Positions 38,711-51,415 of a stretch of 64,000 bases of DNA are shown piece by piece. The stretch lies in the NCBI GenBank assembly GCA_951406725.2, contig OX597828.1, forward strand, positions 57,102,001 to 57,166,000. Direction: 5' to 3'. A model generated the notes under the pieces. It saw only the letters and a list, made by a program, of their open reading frames with translations, was not told where the DNA came from and did not search any database. The translations under genes and the position numbers were made by a program. This DNA is from Octopus vulgaris. Its lineage: Eukaryota. Each line of letters begins with the position of its first letter. Position 1 is the stretch's first letter.

Positions 38711-39400
38711 GTTTGGGCAAAGTTGGCGGTATATTTTCCACATCGTACAAATGATGTACCGCTCACGGCGACGCTAGAGAGAGTAGAGTTTCAAGGCTTT
38801 AAGGCGATTCCAATAATCGAGAGCAGTCATGCCTTCAATTCGTTTAGTGAGTGCTCTCTGGGGTGATTCAATTCTGGAGATGTTTTGTCTTGTATGGGGA
38901 GAACCACAGTGGGCAGCAGTATTCGAAGTGTAGCCGTACAAAGGAGGGGAAAAGTGGTATGATGACACCTTATTCTCTGGACCGGAAAGATCTTAAGATC
39001 CAGGAGCTCATCCTACGAGCTATATAGACCTTCTTGTTGGTGTGTGCACTCCAACTGAGATCGTCATCAACAATTACACCCAGGTCTCTGATATTGTTAG
39101 AGGCTGTGAGCGGTACCAATGATTAAGTAAATTGCAAAAGAAATAATAAATTTGTACGATGTGGAAAATATACCGCCAACTTTGCCCAAACGACCTGAAC
39201 ATTAGCTTCAAGGTTCATCCAAGACTGGAACCACGGACCATACGCCCCCTGCCCAATTCAAGATCACAGCATAAATGTACACTGCAACATAATTTCTTTT
39301 CCTCAACAGGCCCTGCCCTATTTAACATTGTCCCGAAAGAGATCAAAGAGGAAAAAGATCCCATCAACTTTAAACAGAGTCTGGATAGATTCCTTCAAAT
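38711..39400. mobile_element. CR1-like LINE fragment with an inverted 5' part
   Basis: 38711-39110 on the minus strand: RDLGVIVDDDLSW...QRALTKRIEGMTALDYWNRLKALKLYSL.RRRERY. 39150-39400 on the plus strand continues MWKIY...GPALFNIVPKEIK...FKQSLDRFL. Confidence 0.85.
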
Positions 39401-39421
39401 AATAAAAACGTATATAATAGG

Positions 39422-39529
39422 TAGAATAACGACACGTGTTTCGTAGCAATATTTAAGAATTGTTTATAGTAAAAAAATTAATAATAAAATCACTTCGATA
39501 TAAATATAGCCACTCATCAGGTTTTTTTC

Positions 39530-39531
<2 letters not shown>
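39422..39531 (-). ncRNA. Minimal type I hammerhead ribozyme motif (Penelope-like), weak stem I
   Basis: Minus strand: AAAC-CUGAUGA-GUGGC...GCUAC-GAAA-CACGUG-UC-GUU. Stem II is paired, stem III is palindromic (ACACGUGU) and the cleavage triplet is GUC. Confidence 0.65.
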
Positions 39532-39620
<89 letters not shown>

Positions 39621-39657
39621 ATATATATAGGAAAAAAGCAACAAGAATGGATTAAAA

Positions 39658-39745
39658 TCTCGGTACGATCGTTTCGTACGAGGACATCTTTAATAAGCTA
39701 CAAAAAATGCAGTGAATACAGATGGCTCGTACTCGTCAGCCGAAA
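39658..39745 (-). ncRNA. Minimal type I hammerhead ribozyme motif (mirror copy)
   Basis: Exact reverse complement of 39862-39949. Confidence 0.8.
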
Positions 39746-39861
39746 AAACATCAGAGAATTCCCAAACATCAAAAGGGGTAGATACAAAAGAGGTTGTAAG
39801 ATTAGCTGCATTCAAGAAAGTTCATCTACCCCTTTTGATGTTTGGGAATTCTCTGATGTTT

Positions 39862-39949
39862 TTTCGGCTGACGAGTACGAGCCATCTGTATTCACTGCAT
39901 TTTTTGTAGCTTATTAAAGATGTCCTCGTACGAAACGATCGTACCGAGA
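39862..39949 (+). ncRNA. Minimal type I hammerhead ribozyme motif
   Basis: UUUCGG (stem I)-CUGACGA-GUACGAG...CUCGUAC (7-bp stem II)-GAAA-CGAUCG-UA-CCGAGA (stem I'). The catalytic core is complete, stem III is palindromic, and cleavage is predicted 3' of A39943. Confidence 0.8.
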
Positions 39950-40240
39950 TTTTAATCCATTCTTGTTGCTTTTTTCCTATTTGTAATCACCCCATTGGTC
40001 GTATGGTTAACACCATATAGATTTCCGGTGCATCCTAGTTAAGGACCATATTCATGTGAATTCTTTAGAATTCACTTGAATCTCAATTACTTAACCGAAT
40101 GTATATATATATATAGATATATATGTATCTATGTGTGTGTGTTTCTTTGTGTCTTTCTATGTTTCCCACCTCCTCTTGGCAATTGATGTTGGTGTGTTTC
40201 TGTCGCCCCCGATAGTGTATTAAACCACCGATGGAATAAG

Positions 40241-40340
<100 letters not shown>

Positions 40341-40650
40341 TCTAAGTCTCTATAAAGGAGACTAATAATATTTCTATTTTGGGAAGCCAGTGGATATATT
40401 CCACTGAATTTAGGTAAATAATCCTTCGAACACACGGTTAGCAGCGAGGCCTGCTGGGCTCGGCTGCTCTGGATTGATAAGGGGCAAATGCCCTGAAACT
40501 AGTTTGCAAATGCCTGACCAGCAAGGGGAAGCGGCTGACCTCTCCTGTTCCAATGTTATAATGGACGCAGGTTCGTGTGTCACATAGCTACCTAGAGGCG
40601 ATGGCCTCTTGGAGCTAATCAACGGCAGCATTCATCCTATATTTGTTGTC

Positions 40651-40693
<43 letters not shown>

Positions 40694-40711
40694 TACATTT
40701 ATATCTATATG

Positions 40712-40780
<69 letters not shown>

Positions 40781-40843
40781 TCGTGTATGTGTGCATGTGT
40801 GCATAATGATATATGTATGTATATATGTTTGTATATACGTATA

Positions 40844-42101
40844 TTGTGCATCCCATAAATAATGCGTTCTATTTCAATTGCATGCACGAAAAGTGCTGGG
40901 ATAGACTACCTGAGTCTACTATAAAAGCAGGTAGCAATTTTACCATGCCGTTACTCTTTAGAAGTGTGCAATTCGATTTTAATATTCATGTATTCATAGC
41001 TATACCGGAATTTGTAAAGGAGCATCTTCAGCTTAGTTTGCTTTATGAGCTCAATAAAGGCAACAGCGCTATGGGCAATTCGAAGAATATTGATGCAATA
41101 CATGGGTGTCGGACAATATGTGTAAGCCAGTGCCAACGTCGATTTCAGAAATTCCGAGCCGAAAACTACAGCCTAGAAGACCAACCGCGCGCCGAAAGAT
41201 GTATACATCTCGACGAGAATGTCATGTAAACTCTCATGGGACACAATCTCATCGTAACTGTTGAGAAAATAGCAGAGAACTTTGGATGCGGTAATTCAGC
41301 CGTTCATTGGATCCTGCGTGCCATCGGAAAAGACAGGTAATTGGGCTAATGAGTTCCTCTCAAACTTTCCGAATCATATCACGTGCAGAGCGTGAATGTG
41401 TGCTCTTCTCTGGTTCTCTGCTGTCATGTCTCATAAATGAACATTTTTTGGACTGAATAGGAACTGCTGACGAGAAAATGGTGCTCTGTAAAAATGTCAA
41501 GCGCCGTACACAGGGAAGGGAAAAAGTGAAACACCGCCACCACGCCCTAGGTTAAATGTCTTCCCTACGTAAGGTGCTGTTATCTGGTGAGAAATGAAAG
41601 GTTTATTCAACTTTGAACATTTAAACCCAAACCAAAGGAGATCTAGAGCAAGTCGCTGGAGCAGGTTAAGTCAGCGCTAGAAGAAAACGACCATCTTTGG
41701 TTTCAAGTCTAAACGGGTCCTTCCATGAGGATACTGCAGGGCCACATACAGCGAGGATGACATTCCAAACGCTGGAGCAGTTTGATTGAGAAACCATGCT
41801 CCACCAAACATATTCGTCGGACATTGCCCCATCCGAATCTTATTTATTCCGCCGTCTTCAAAATCAATTGAACGGGGAAAAATACGAATTCTGTAGACGA
41901 TCTAACAGTGCCGGGGGAGTGTTTTTCGTCAAGAACAAGTGAATTGTGGGAGAGGAGCCTTGCAAATCTACCAGATACATGGAAGTTCATTGCAGAAAAT
42001 GAAGGAGAGTACATATTAGATTTAAAAAAAGGATTCGATTATTTGAATTTTGGAAAGTATATGAAGTATAAAAGATATGTATAATGTATGGGATGACCCA
42101 A
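40844..42101 (+). mobile_element. Full-length (about 1.26 kb) decayed mariner element
   Basis: TA-flanked imperfect TIRs (TTGTGCATCCCATAAATAAT / ATAATGTATGGGATGACCCAA). Motifs: LLYELNKG...QRRFQKFRAENYSLEDQPR, VPLKL, TADEK, HEDTAGPH and YSSDIAPSESYLF, with stops and frameshifts. Confidence 0.85.
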
Positions 42102-42371
42102 TATATAGATATGTATATATTTGTGTGTGTGTGTCTGTGTGTATAGCTTCAAGACTCGAGGTGTACGAAGTTACTGAGATTCGAGGAGAGCGTGGTAGTT
42201 ATAAGTACAACAATAGTGTTTCATTGAAGATTGAAGGTTTTTTCCCAAATAGAAGTTCGATAAACGTTTTTTTTTTTATTGTACAGGTTTGTGTGCTGTT
42301 TTGGTATGAATGTGAATACAAATCCAAATTGCGAATAGTGTAGCCTGGATTTAACCTGTCCCATTCATTAG

Positions 42372-42467
<96 letters not shown>

Positions 42468-42494
42468 AACATATATACATACACATACAGACAC

Positions 42495-42630
42495 AAGTGT
42501 ATACGACGGACGTATTTTATTTTCTGTCTACCAAATCTGCTCACAAAGCTTTGTACAAGACACTTGTCCAATATGCTAGGCAGTGGGATTGAAACCGGGA
42601 CAGTGTGATTTGGAGCCAAGTCTCTTACTG
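42495..42630 (-). mobile_element. SINE family A fragment (5' half)
   Basis: TTTCTGTCTACCAAATC...AAGACACTTGTCCAA...CAGTGGGATTGAAACC is similar to 8790-8945. Confidence 0.7.
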
Positions 42631-42631
42631 C

Positions 42632-42704
42632 AATTGGACACGGTACACTACCTGTAAACGCAGGCGTGGCGCCTGCGTTTACAGGTAGTGTACCGTGTCC
42701 AATT
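42632..42704. repeat. Perfect palindrome, 35-bp arms with a 3-nt loop
   Basis: AATTGGACACGGTACACTACCTGTAAACGCAGGCG-TGG-CGCCTGCGTTTACAGGTAGTGTACCGTGTCCAATT. Confidence 0.95.
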
Positions 42705-43299
42705 TTATTTTCATTACTTCGTGATTGAGATATCCGGCATGACAGGAAAATATACATTTATTTCCTATCAGATATCATGGCAGTCAATATCGAACGCAAT
42801 GAAATATTGATTTACCAATAGTAAATGTTATGTTTTTTGCAACTCATCAACAGATAAGTCGTTAAATAAGTAATCTTTGTAAATGTCAGCACGAGTTAAT
42901 AGCTCAAGCATAAAAACTAACTTCATTGTGTATGCACCGTTAAACAACTCCTCCAATTCTTCCTTCAAGTTGTTATATATGAATCGTCTGATCTAATAGC
43001 CTATGCGATGTTATATATGAATTATATATATATATTATACATATACATGTCTTTCTCTGGGAGGTGAGTTACCGAATTTCCTTCGCTTGACGATCAGGTT
43101 ACTCGTGTTGTATAAAACAAATAACGTGACCCATAAGCAACGACACATGCATGAGATGTTTGTAAGTCTGTTTTCGAAAGGCATGCAGGCTTTTCGTGTG
43201 GAACGACTTTATTTTTAACTGCTGCTACAGTCCAGCCGATGGATTTCTGTACTGATTCAACCTACACAATATCATGAACAGCAAACAGAGATTTATACA

Positions 43300-43510
43300 G
43301 CTTACTTCCTTTGGTCATTTCACTGCGGCCATGATAAGACATAGTCTTGAAAGGTTTTGGTGGAAACAGTGGATGTCAGGACACATTATTTTAGCCTCGT
43401 ACTTATTCTATCCATGTTTCTTTTTTTATTTTTGGTACGAACCGTTAATTTTCGGGAACGTAAAAAACAAGCAGTGTTGGTCAAACGGTGGAGGGCAACA
43501 ACAGACACAA
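43300..43510 (-). mobile_element. SINE family A fragment (3' half), decayed
   Basis: GTCATTTCACTGCGGCCATG...GTACTTATTCTATC...GAACCG...GGTCAAACGGTGG resembles 8550-8730. Confidence 0.6.
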
Positions 43511-43540
43511 AAGGCATACATACATACATACATACATACA

Positions 43541-43576
<36 letters not shown>

Positions 43577-43778
43577 TATATATAATCATACATACGTATA
43601 CATATAAATATATATATGTATGTATTATATATATATATATATATACGTTCAGTTAAATTTAGATTCGGGTGAATATGGTACTTAAGTTAAAGGCACCAGA
43701 ATTTAGCATGGCAGTTATCTATATAATTGAAAATGGGGTGATAATAATAAAAATAAGCAACAAGGATATCCAGAGGTA

Positions 43779-43867
43779 ATGCAGTACTATCGTTTCATGT
43801 GACTCCATTTAATTGAACAATACAAACATTACAACAATTTAAAATATAGAGCAATCTTCAGCTGCAT
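43779..43867 (-). ncRNA. Type I hammerhead ribozyme motif, partly decayed stem II, in a Penelope-like fragment (about 43645-44340)
   Basis: Minus strand: AUGCAG-CUGAAGA-UUGCUCUAU...AUGGAGUCACAU-GAAA-CGAUAG-UA-CUGCAU. Perfect 6-bp stem I; the flank is homologous to 39955-40100. Confidence 0.65.
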
Positions 43868-44418
43868 AAATATATAGAATTTAGTTAAATTCGAAGGATT
43901 CACTTGTATAGTTTTCTTATTATCCAAAATCACGGAGGATAATTAGATAGGCAAAGAACATGTTTTATCAACATCATAGTAGTAACTGATATTTTTCACA
44001 GGAAGACACTACTTATCATTGATTATATTTTTTATTCAGATTTACTAGTGGGTGGGGGTTAGTTTTAATTTATAGACTAGTTTATCAACTGTAGTAGAAA
44101 CTGGAACCTATCCTTTATGGATAGGTATAGGGTAAAATAGACATTTTAAGTGGCGGAATCATAAATCAAGATTTCTTTGAAGTAAAAACCATTTGGTTCA
44201 ATAAGAATATATTCCAGCTAAGTTTGCATGCTAATGCTAATTGGGTAGGGAGAGTAACACATATAGCATTAACAATTTACCAACTATAAAAACGTTGATA
44301 TTTATAAATACACAGATACATTATACAGTTGTTTCAAATAGCAATAAGAAGAAGAATATATATATATATATATATATATATCACAGATACATTTTACCGT
44401 AGTTTTAAAGGCCAATAA

Positions 44419-44468
<50 letters not shown>

Positions 44469-44629
44469 GGCAAATAAGAAAGTGGAGGGGATGCAAAAAT
44501 GACATACATTAGACATTCTCGTATGTTTATTTATTCGAAAGTATTAGAAATTATTAGAAGAATACGTACACATGTATTAACTATGTGTTACATGCACATG
44601 TACTAATATTTCAGAAAAGAACAAAAGAG

Positions 44630-45100
44630 CAAAAGATTATATTGTCAGTAGGTTCTAGTTCCTTACTGCCGTTTCTGCCAAGAGGCAATGAAATCCACCA
44701 TGCCATCCTCATCTCACTGTTCTGTAGGAATGGGCAGATAAAGTTGGGATGATAAATGTTCCTCTAGTCTTCTTCACAGGGTCTAAGTGGTTGGGAGGAT
44801 TAATACATATAAGAAACAGTTAACCATATGTACAGTGTGTTTCCCTTTTTGAAAGGGCACACAAAGAATAAGAGGAAACATGAGGATGTTAGTGAAGCGC
44901 AACTTATTAAAATTATTTGGGTATAGGAAGGTGAACAACTTAGACCCTCTGAAGAGACCTAGATGCACATTCATCATCCAAATTTTATCTACTTATCCCT
45001 GCAGAACAATGAGGAGATGGAGATGGCATGGAGGATTTCGTTGCTTCTTTTCAGAAACGGCCGTAAAGAAGTAGAACCTGCTGAGAATCTGATCTTTTGA
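44630..45100. mobile_element. Diverged inverted repeat (about 160-bp arms) with degenerate hammerhead cores; Penelope-like remnant
   Basis: 44630-44789 matches the reverse complement of 44936-45098. The plus arm has CCCT-CTGAAGA (44949) ... GAAA-CGGCCG-TA (45054-45065); the minus arm has GTGAAGA...GAAACGGCAGTA-AGG. Confidence 0.6.
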
Positions 45101-48100
45101 TGTTTTGCGATATCATAGATAGAACTTGCTTTTATATTATGTCTGCCTTATGTACAAGCCTTTCATATGTCTTAACATATCTTATATAGTTATAACTATT
45201 TTATTACTTTATGTATTTTTTGTATATTATTTTTCTCCTTTTATAATTGTTTAACTTATACGCGTGTAGTATATACATAATATATATGTGCGTGCATATA
45301 TACCTGTGTACAAATGATTATATATATACGAGTGCAAGACTCTACCTGTTCTACTTGTCTCCTACTTCATACATATATATATATGTATATAAGTTTATAT
45401 ATCTGCATGTGCACATGTGTTTGCAGACAGGAGGGTGTATTTGTGTATATATATATATATAACTCATTTGTATATTCAAGTTTTGCGGCGAATGTGAATG
45501 TTTTTACGGTTTATATGTTTTGCGTATATGGTTTTATTTGTATATACGTTTTCCGCGTATGTTTATACGCATGTTCGTATTTATGTATGTGTGTGTGCGT
45601 GTTGAGATGTATATATGAGCGTAGTGATGCGTGCATGGATATATATGCGTGTGTATGTGCCTGTATGCGTAGCCATATATATGTGTGTTTGTATGTGTAT
45701 GTACACGCGTGTGTGAGTATGTTTATAGATATACATACATGTGTGTGTGTGCGTACGTATATGTATGTATATATGTACTATGTGTACTCTTTCACCAGAA
45801 CTTTAATGTGATGTAACAGTCTATAAACCGAGGACTATATTTAACTTGACAGAAGTTTATTCCGTTTATGCAAGTTTAGGAAGCGATAAATATATAAGGT
45901 TTAAAGTTGTTTTGTTTACGATTTACAAAACTCGATATTTTATTATATTTATATTATATGTACAATAGTAGTGACTTTGCGATTGACTCATATAGTTTTC
46001 AGACATTGAATGATGTGTATTGGTTTCAAACTTGGACGCAAGACCAGCAATCTTTGAAAAGGGCTTAGGTCTTTTACATCGACTCCAGTGCTCCACTGGT
46101 ACTCATTGTATCGGGCCTGAAATGATGAACGGTCATGCGCACCTCGACAGAATTAGAGCCCAGAAGGTAAAGACGGAAGTAATGTCGCTAAGAATTTTGT
46201 CCGGCGTGTTACAGATTCAGCAAGTTTGCCGCCTTTCTAACATAAAATAAAGTATATTGCAAATGTCTTAGGTGTCAACTATATTTCTTGCCATTCATTT
46301 ATTTCTCTTTATTTTTTGTTTCTCATTGATATTTGCATTCTAATCTGAAGTATACGTTTTACATATACATACATATTCGTATACATAGATCTACCCAGTC
46401 ATCTATTTCACAAATATAGTTGATTATTTGAACAGATCCTCTCCATCAATTTTCAGTCATACGGTTTTGAACAGTTCGAATCAATCATGAAAGGAAGTTA
46501 CCTACGATCCCAAACACTGCATTTGCAACTGCAGCAAAATGGCAGCAGAATGAGATTTTAGCAATACAACCATTATTTGTGCCCGGAAAGGAATTGATAT
46601 AAGGACTGAAACTGCGTCATTACCTCGGATTACTAAGGACTTATGTCCAATATTCTCCCTGGCAGGTGTGTATATACTTAATCTCTAATAAATGGAATTG
46701 TATCATGGATATAAATTGTATTAAATGTACACACACTGTGATAAAATATCGAGCATTACACACATTAAATAAAGAAAAATACTGATATTTAAAATATACG
46801 TAATAACACAAGAGATAAATAAGAAAAAAGTATGTTATAATTCATTCCCTCAAGAAAATTTCGATCGATAACACATGGTGAATGATAGACATATATTTTA
46901 TTCATAGCATTTGCAGAAAATTCTTCAACAGATGCTTATAGCTTTAGGCTAGGATTGAAATTATGTTTACAACAATACAATTCGAGATATTGATTCATGA
47001 AATTAATGAGTTAAAACTTTTCACTGGCCAGCAGCGCAATATGTATTTTTGTTAGAGCGCCTCTGGTAAAACCGTTTGGAGGCAGGAAGGTAAATCATCT
47101 CCGAAGTGAACTGGATTTGAAATATTTTATTGTATTGCCAAATATAAACAATTAAAAAATAAAATAAAATAAGAAATAAAACCATCTTACAATTATTTTA
47201 TTAAAGACGCTTATATCTCAATATATTTCTATATCCAAACATGAAAAACTATTACCTTCTCTAGTTTTCTGTTATTATGATGGGTGAAACATTGAAAAAG
47301 TTTGGCTCCTGTACTCAGAACTTTCTACATATATGTGTCAGGTAATGAGGAATCAACAAACATAATATATTTAATCTCCGAAAAGGTTACCCCATTAATA
47401 GTTAACTTGAAATTGTGAAACCCATCCTTGGTAATAGTGTTAAAGAAGTTAATCAAACACTTGTGGGTTATTTATAAAAATAAATCATGTTTTCTATCGT
47501 TTGCTATCTTTAACTTGTCATTTGAGTGCAGCTCAAAATCTTTTAATTGTGGATGTTACGATTGTTCTTTATAATGCTGCCAGACGGAGTAAAATGCAGT
47601 TTTCTTGCTTTCGCATTTTCTTCGTGGGCCGAAAAACACAGCTGAAAAATTCAATCTAGTGTGAATGCTTTGCAATGTATCTGTCTCAATCTATAATTAG
47701 CTGAGCGTGAAAAGCTCAAATTATATCTCAAAACCATATATCTAAGATCTAATCATTAAACATAAATACAAGGTGGCATACATCTAGCATTACTTGTTGC
47801 ATTCAGAAATACACACGATGAAATCAATGAATGTATTTATGAATGCACCTAATAATTCTAGAAAGTTGCCAAAAAGTTATGGTTACTATTCCATATTAAT
47901 AGCTTTTCAATCCGATGTTCTCATCAGTTTAGCCTGACACACTACAACGTTTTACGTGGATATATGTTCTCATATTACGCACATGTTTACGAAAGAATTT
48001 TCAAGAGTCATATTATTGTGAGTGGAGAAGCTGAATGCTTAGTTTTCATTACAAACGAATTTGCTGCCTCGAATGAGGAGAAAAGGTGCGCACAGTTATA

Positions 48101-50429
48101 TAGAGTAAATCTAAGGTGAGGTATATCTTAGGTGGATAGTAACAATATAATTGAAAATGTCGTTATTCTTAATGTCCTACAAGCAGCGTCAATCAAAACG
48201 GCATTACACGCTTCAAAATTGTTATTTCATATTAATTAAATGTTCCTTATATATAAACTCACAGCAGCAAGGTACATTATTTATAGGTTGACAAACAAAT
48301 TGTCTATAGAACTATCGTGAACACTTGAAATTACTACTAATACCCCAAACATAATTAAGCTGTCAATAAGAATATCTCATTGTTGGAGCTTATGTATAGT
48401 TTGTGCTAGCAGCAAAACACTTGTCAGCTTGTTGAAGAAACGCAAAGGCAGCATGTTAGAAGGTGCAGAGGAAAGACAGATTAATTCCACCCGCATCTTT
48501 AATGTTGAGGAATTGAAGTAGTTCTTGAGTATTATTCATGACAGTAAAAAGTAGTTAGAACATGTTAGAACATTTTCATAAATCATAAGAATTGGTTTTG
48601 GTTACAATGATTGTCAAACGAGAGTAAATTGTTAGATTGTTGGCTATAGAAATAATATGGATATCAATGGTCTGTCTATCTCCACTATTACCAACGGTAA
48701 ATATTAAAATTACATCGGAATTCGGGAGGATATTAGGTATGTTGGTGTCAGAATGACATCAGGAGACACCAGAAGGTTTGGAAGTCAGCGCGGTCACCAT
48801 TCTATAAAACTATATCACGCAATGTTTTCGCAGTACCAGTGCAGGAACCAACACTCGGGATATTAGACACATTTCGCAAAATCCACAACATGGGCATCAG
48901 TACGAGGAAGATACCAATAATGGCTGGTAACTCCCTCATCGAGAGTGACACTGACAAGACATCTGCTAAACGTGGGGGTGGGGATAAAGATATAATATCA
49001 GCCTAGATGGCTTTCTGTGTCACATACTGGCACTTAAACAGCAACTACTGGAGAGTAAAATGTGAAATGAGTACTTCACATGTATAGTCAACAGTGAAGA
49101 CAATAACCTCATGGGATCAAGCATACACAACCTGAACAAGTACACCGAATTCGCAAATGTTTCATATGACCATTAGTAACTGGAGTGATCTACTTTGATT
49201 GAGATTGGAAAGAAAATTGTATCATCTGAAATATATGCATTGATACGTCTCCGCAAGCTGGAGAATGCCAAGAACATCGACAGAAATAGTACCCTCGACT
49301 AAGACCTGTGATAAGTACATCACATCTCTCCTAAATGTCTATGGCGATGCTATCTAATAAGATAGAAATTTACCTCTAAACATCTACAGTGTAGATGTGA
49401 AGGGAAGTTTCGATTGTGCTATATTATTATTACACTGAGAAAGAAAGTTTCGATTGTGCCATATTATTATTAGCTGCCCCAACATGACCGCTAGATATTA
49501 TTTTCCCCACTTCGCTAAGAAAGTTTACTGTGTTATACTACTTACCCACGTCGCTACGATGTTATACACAGGAAATACTATCCGCGCAGCTACAGCATAT
49601 ATACATCAAAACCAGAAAATATCCGCGCTTTAAAATGCAAAATACTGGTAGAATATTCTAATAAATACAGAAACCCAGGCTAAATAAATTAGGGCAAATA
49701 TTGTTGTATGCAATAGAAAGCAAAGGTTGTACGCAATTGCCCGGGAGTTGTTGATATTCAAATTTTCCCAATTCATATTCAAATATTAGGGAAAAGGCAA
49801 ACATCTAAGGAGAACTAAAGAGAAATAGCTATTATATCAAGACTAGAGATTTCCATGTGTTCTTTTTATCATGGATGCATTTAACAATATAACATTCCAG
49901 AAATACATGGGTTCAGCGAAAGTGTACAGAGTCGATTGATTCGGCTTTTGCTGATAAAATCGAAGAAAGGGACAGTGAAAATTTGTAAAACACCTCCTGG
50001 ATTCTCTATTTGATCATCTCGGGTGAATATGTTCACACATTCACATATCCATATGGAATACACGTCGTTGTTACTATGAAAAATGTCGGAAGGCCCAAGC
50101 ATTGCTTTTTCAGAAAACGGAAAGATAGTTTCACCATTTCATAGCAAAACCGTTGTACTACACTTTGGTAATTTCTGATATCTTGGCATCTGAAGATACG
50201 ATAGTTTGATCAAAAGAACCAGTCATTGCTAACAAAAATAAATAATGAAAAAACGCATTTGGCGAAATTTGGACTTACGACAGTTTAGCATAATAGTAAC
50301 GACATGAATGCATACGCGCAACACGCATATACATGGATACATCGAGAAACAAGGCCCAAGCAATGTGTTGTCATAAACAAAGGAGCAAGTTATATTGATG
50401 GATACATATGTATGTATGTGTGTGTGTAC

Positions 50430-51065
50430 ACGAGGTGGAATCACAGAGCTCCGCGGCTAATTCTATAGTGCGCCAACAGATGGCAGCACACAGTTGTGTC
50501 CGCAGTGAGAACTATTAGTGACCTTCATGTACATCAGTGTATTTACTTCGCAAGTTGTGAAATGTGTCTTTTTGTGATCACATGTATGCTGTAATCAGCG
50601 AGTTTGTCATGGATAGGAACAAAGAACTAGCGTAGAATTTTGTGTTAAACGTTGGAGGTCTTCCATGAAGGCATTGAGCAAGCTTCGGCAAGTAGACGGC
50701 GACCAGACAGCGAGTCGTGCGCAATGTTTCGAGTGGCATGGACGCTTCAAAAGCAGTAGAGCTTCCCTGGAAGAAAATGAGCGATCTGAAAGACATGCCA
50801 CCCCTGGACATGTAATATTGCGCATCGAGGTCATCGACTAGGGCTCGATCGTCAATCGAGAATTCTATTGCGACATTTTAAGCGTTTGACAGAGGATATT
50901 CGGAGAAAAGAATCGGATCTGTAGAGCGTGACGAATTGGATTCTTCACAATGACAATGCACGCTGTCACCAAGCTCTCCTCACTCATGTGTTTCTTTTCA
51001 AATATATGGCATCGCTTCTGCACTCGCCCTATTCGCCAGATTTAGCACCTGATATCTTCCATTTC
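50430..51065 (+). mobile_element. Internally deleted mariner element
   Basis: EQRTSVEFCVK...RAQCFEWHGRFKSSRASLEENERSER, then ILHNDNARCH and HSPYSPDLAP. Confidence 0.8.
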
Positions 51066-51289
51066 TCGTAGTCTGGTGATCTAGGATGCAACGTGTATAC
51101 TTTGGTTTAACTAGGACTAACAATCAGTCCAACGTCACTTGCAGCTAATTCTAGGCAATGAAGTAACTCAGTGGCGTTTGAAAGTGTGCCAGAGAGCAAG
51201 ACTTAATTACCAGCACAGTCTATATCAGTTATTGTTTTAGCTCGATGTCTGATTTTCTTTTCGTCAGTTTGGTACATAGGAAGTTTAGA

Positions 51290-51415
51290 TTGCCAAGTGA
51301 TGTTCTGATGCCATACTCAAGAGTGAAAACAAAAAGAAAAGGACTAGTGTGACCCCTTGGAGTATTTCGGCTCTGATATCAAAGAAACTTGCATTTCCTT
51401 TTATGTGGAGCAACA
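51290..51415 (-). mobile_element. Short RT-domain remnant of a LINE (RTE-like)
   Basis: FFDIRAEILQGVTLVLFF resembles the GVxQGxxLxPxLF motif. Confidence 0.4.

Larger units (their letters stand above)
39627..40100. mobile_element. Penelope-like pseudo-LTR with an inverted partial copy, embedded in (TA)n
   Basis: Perfect 157-bp inverted repeat (39627-39783 / 39824-39980) containing hammerhead motifs. The downstream 39955-40100 is homologous to the reverse complement of 43645-43780. Confidence 0.75.

Noticed and set aside
48380-49400. Possible very old LINE remnant
   Set aside because: GC-richer and LINE-like by impression only; no clear motif could be recovered.
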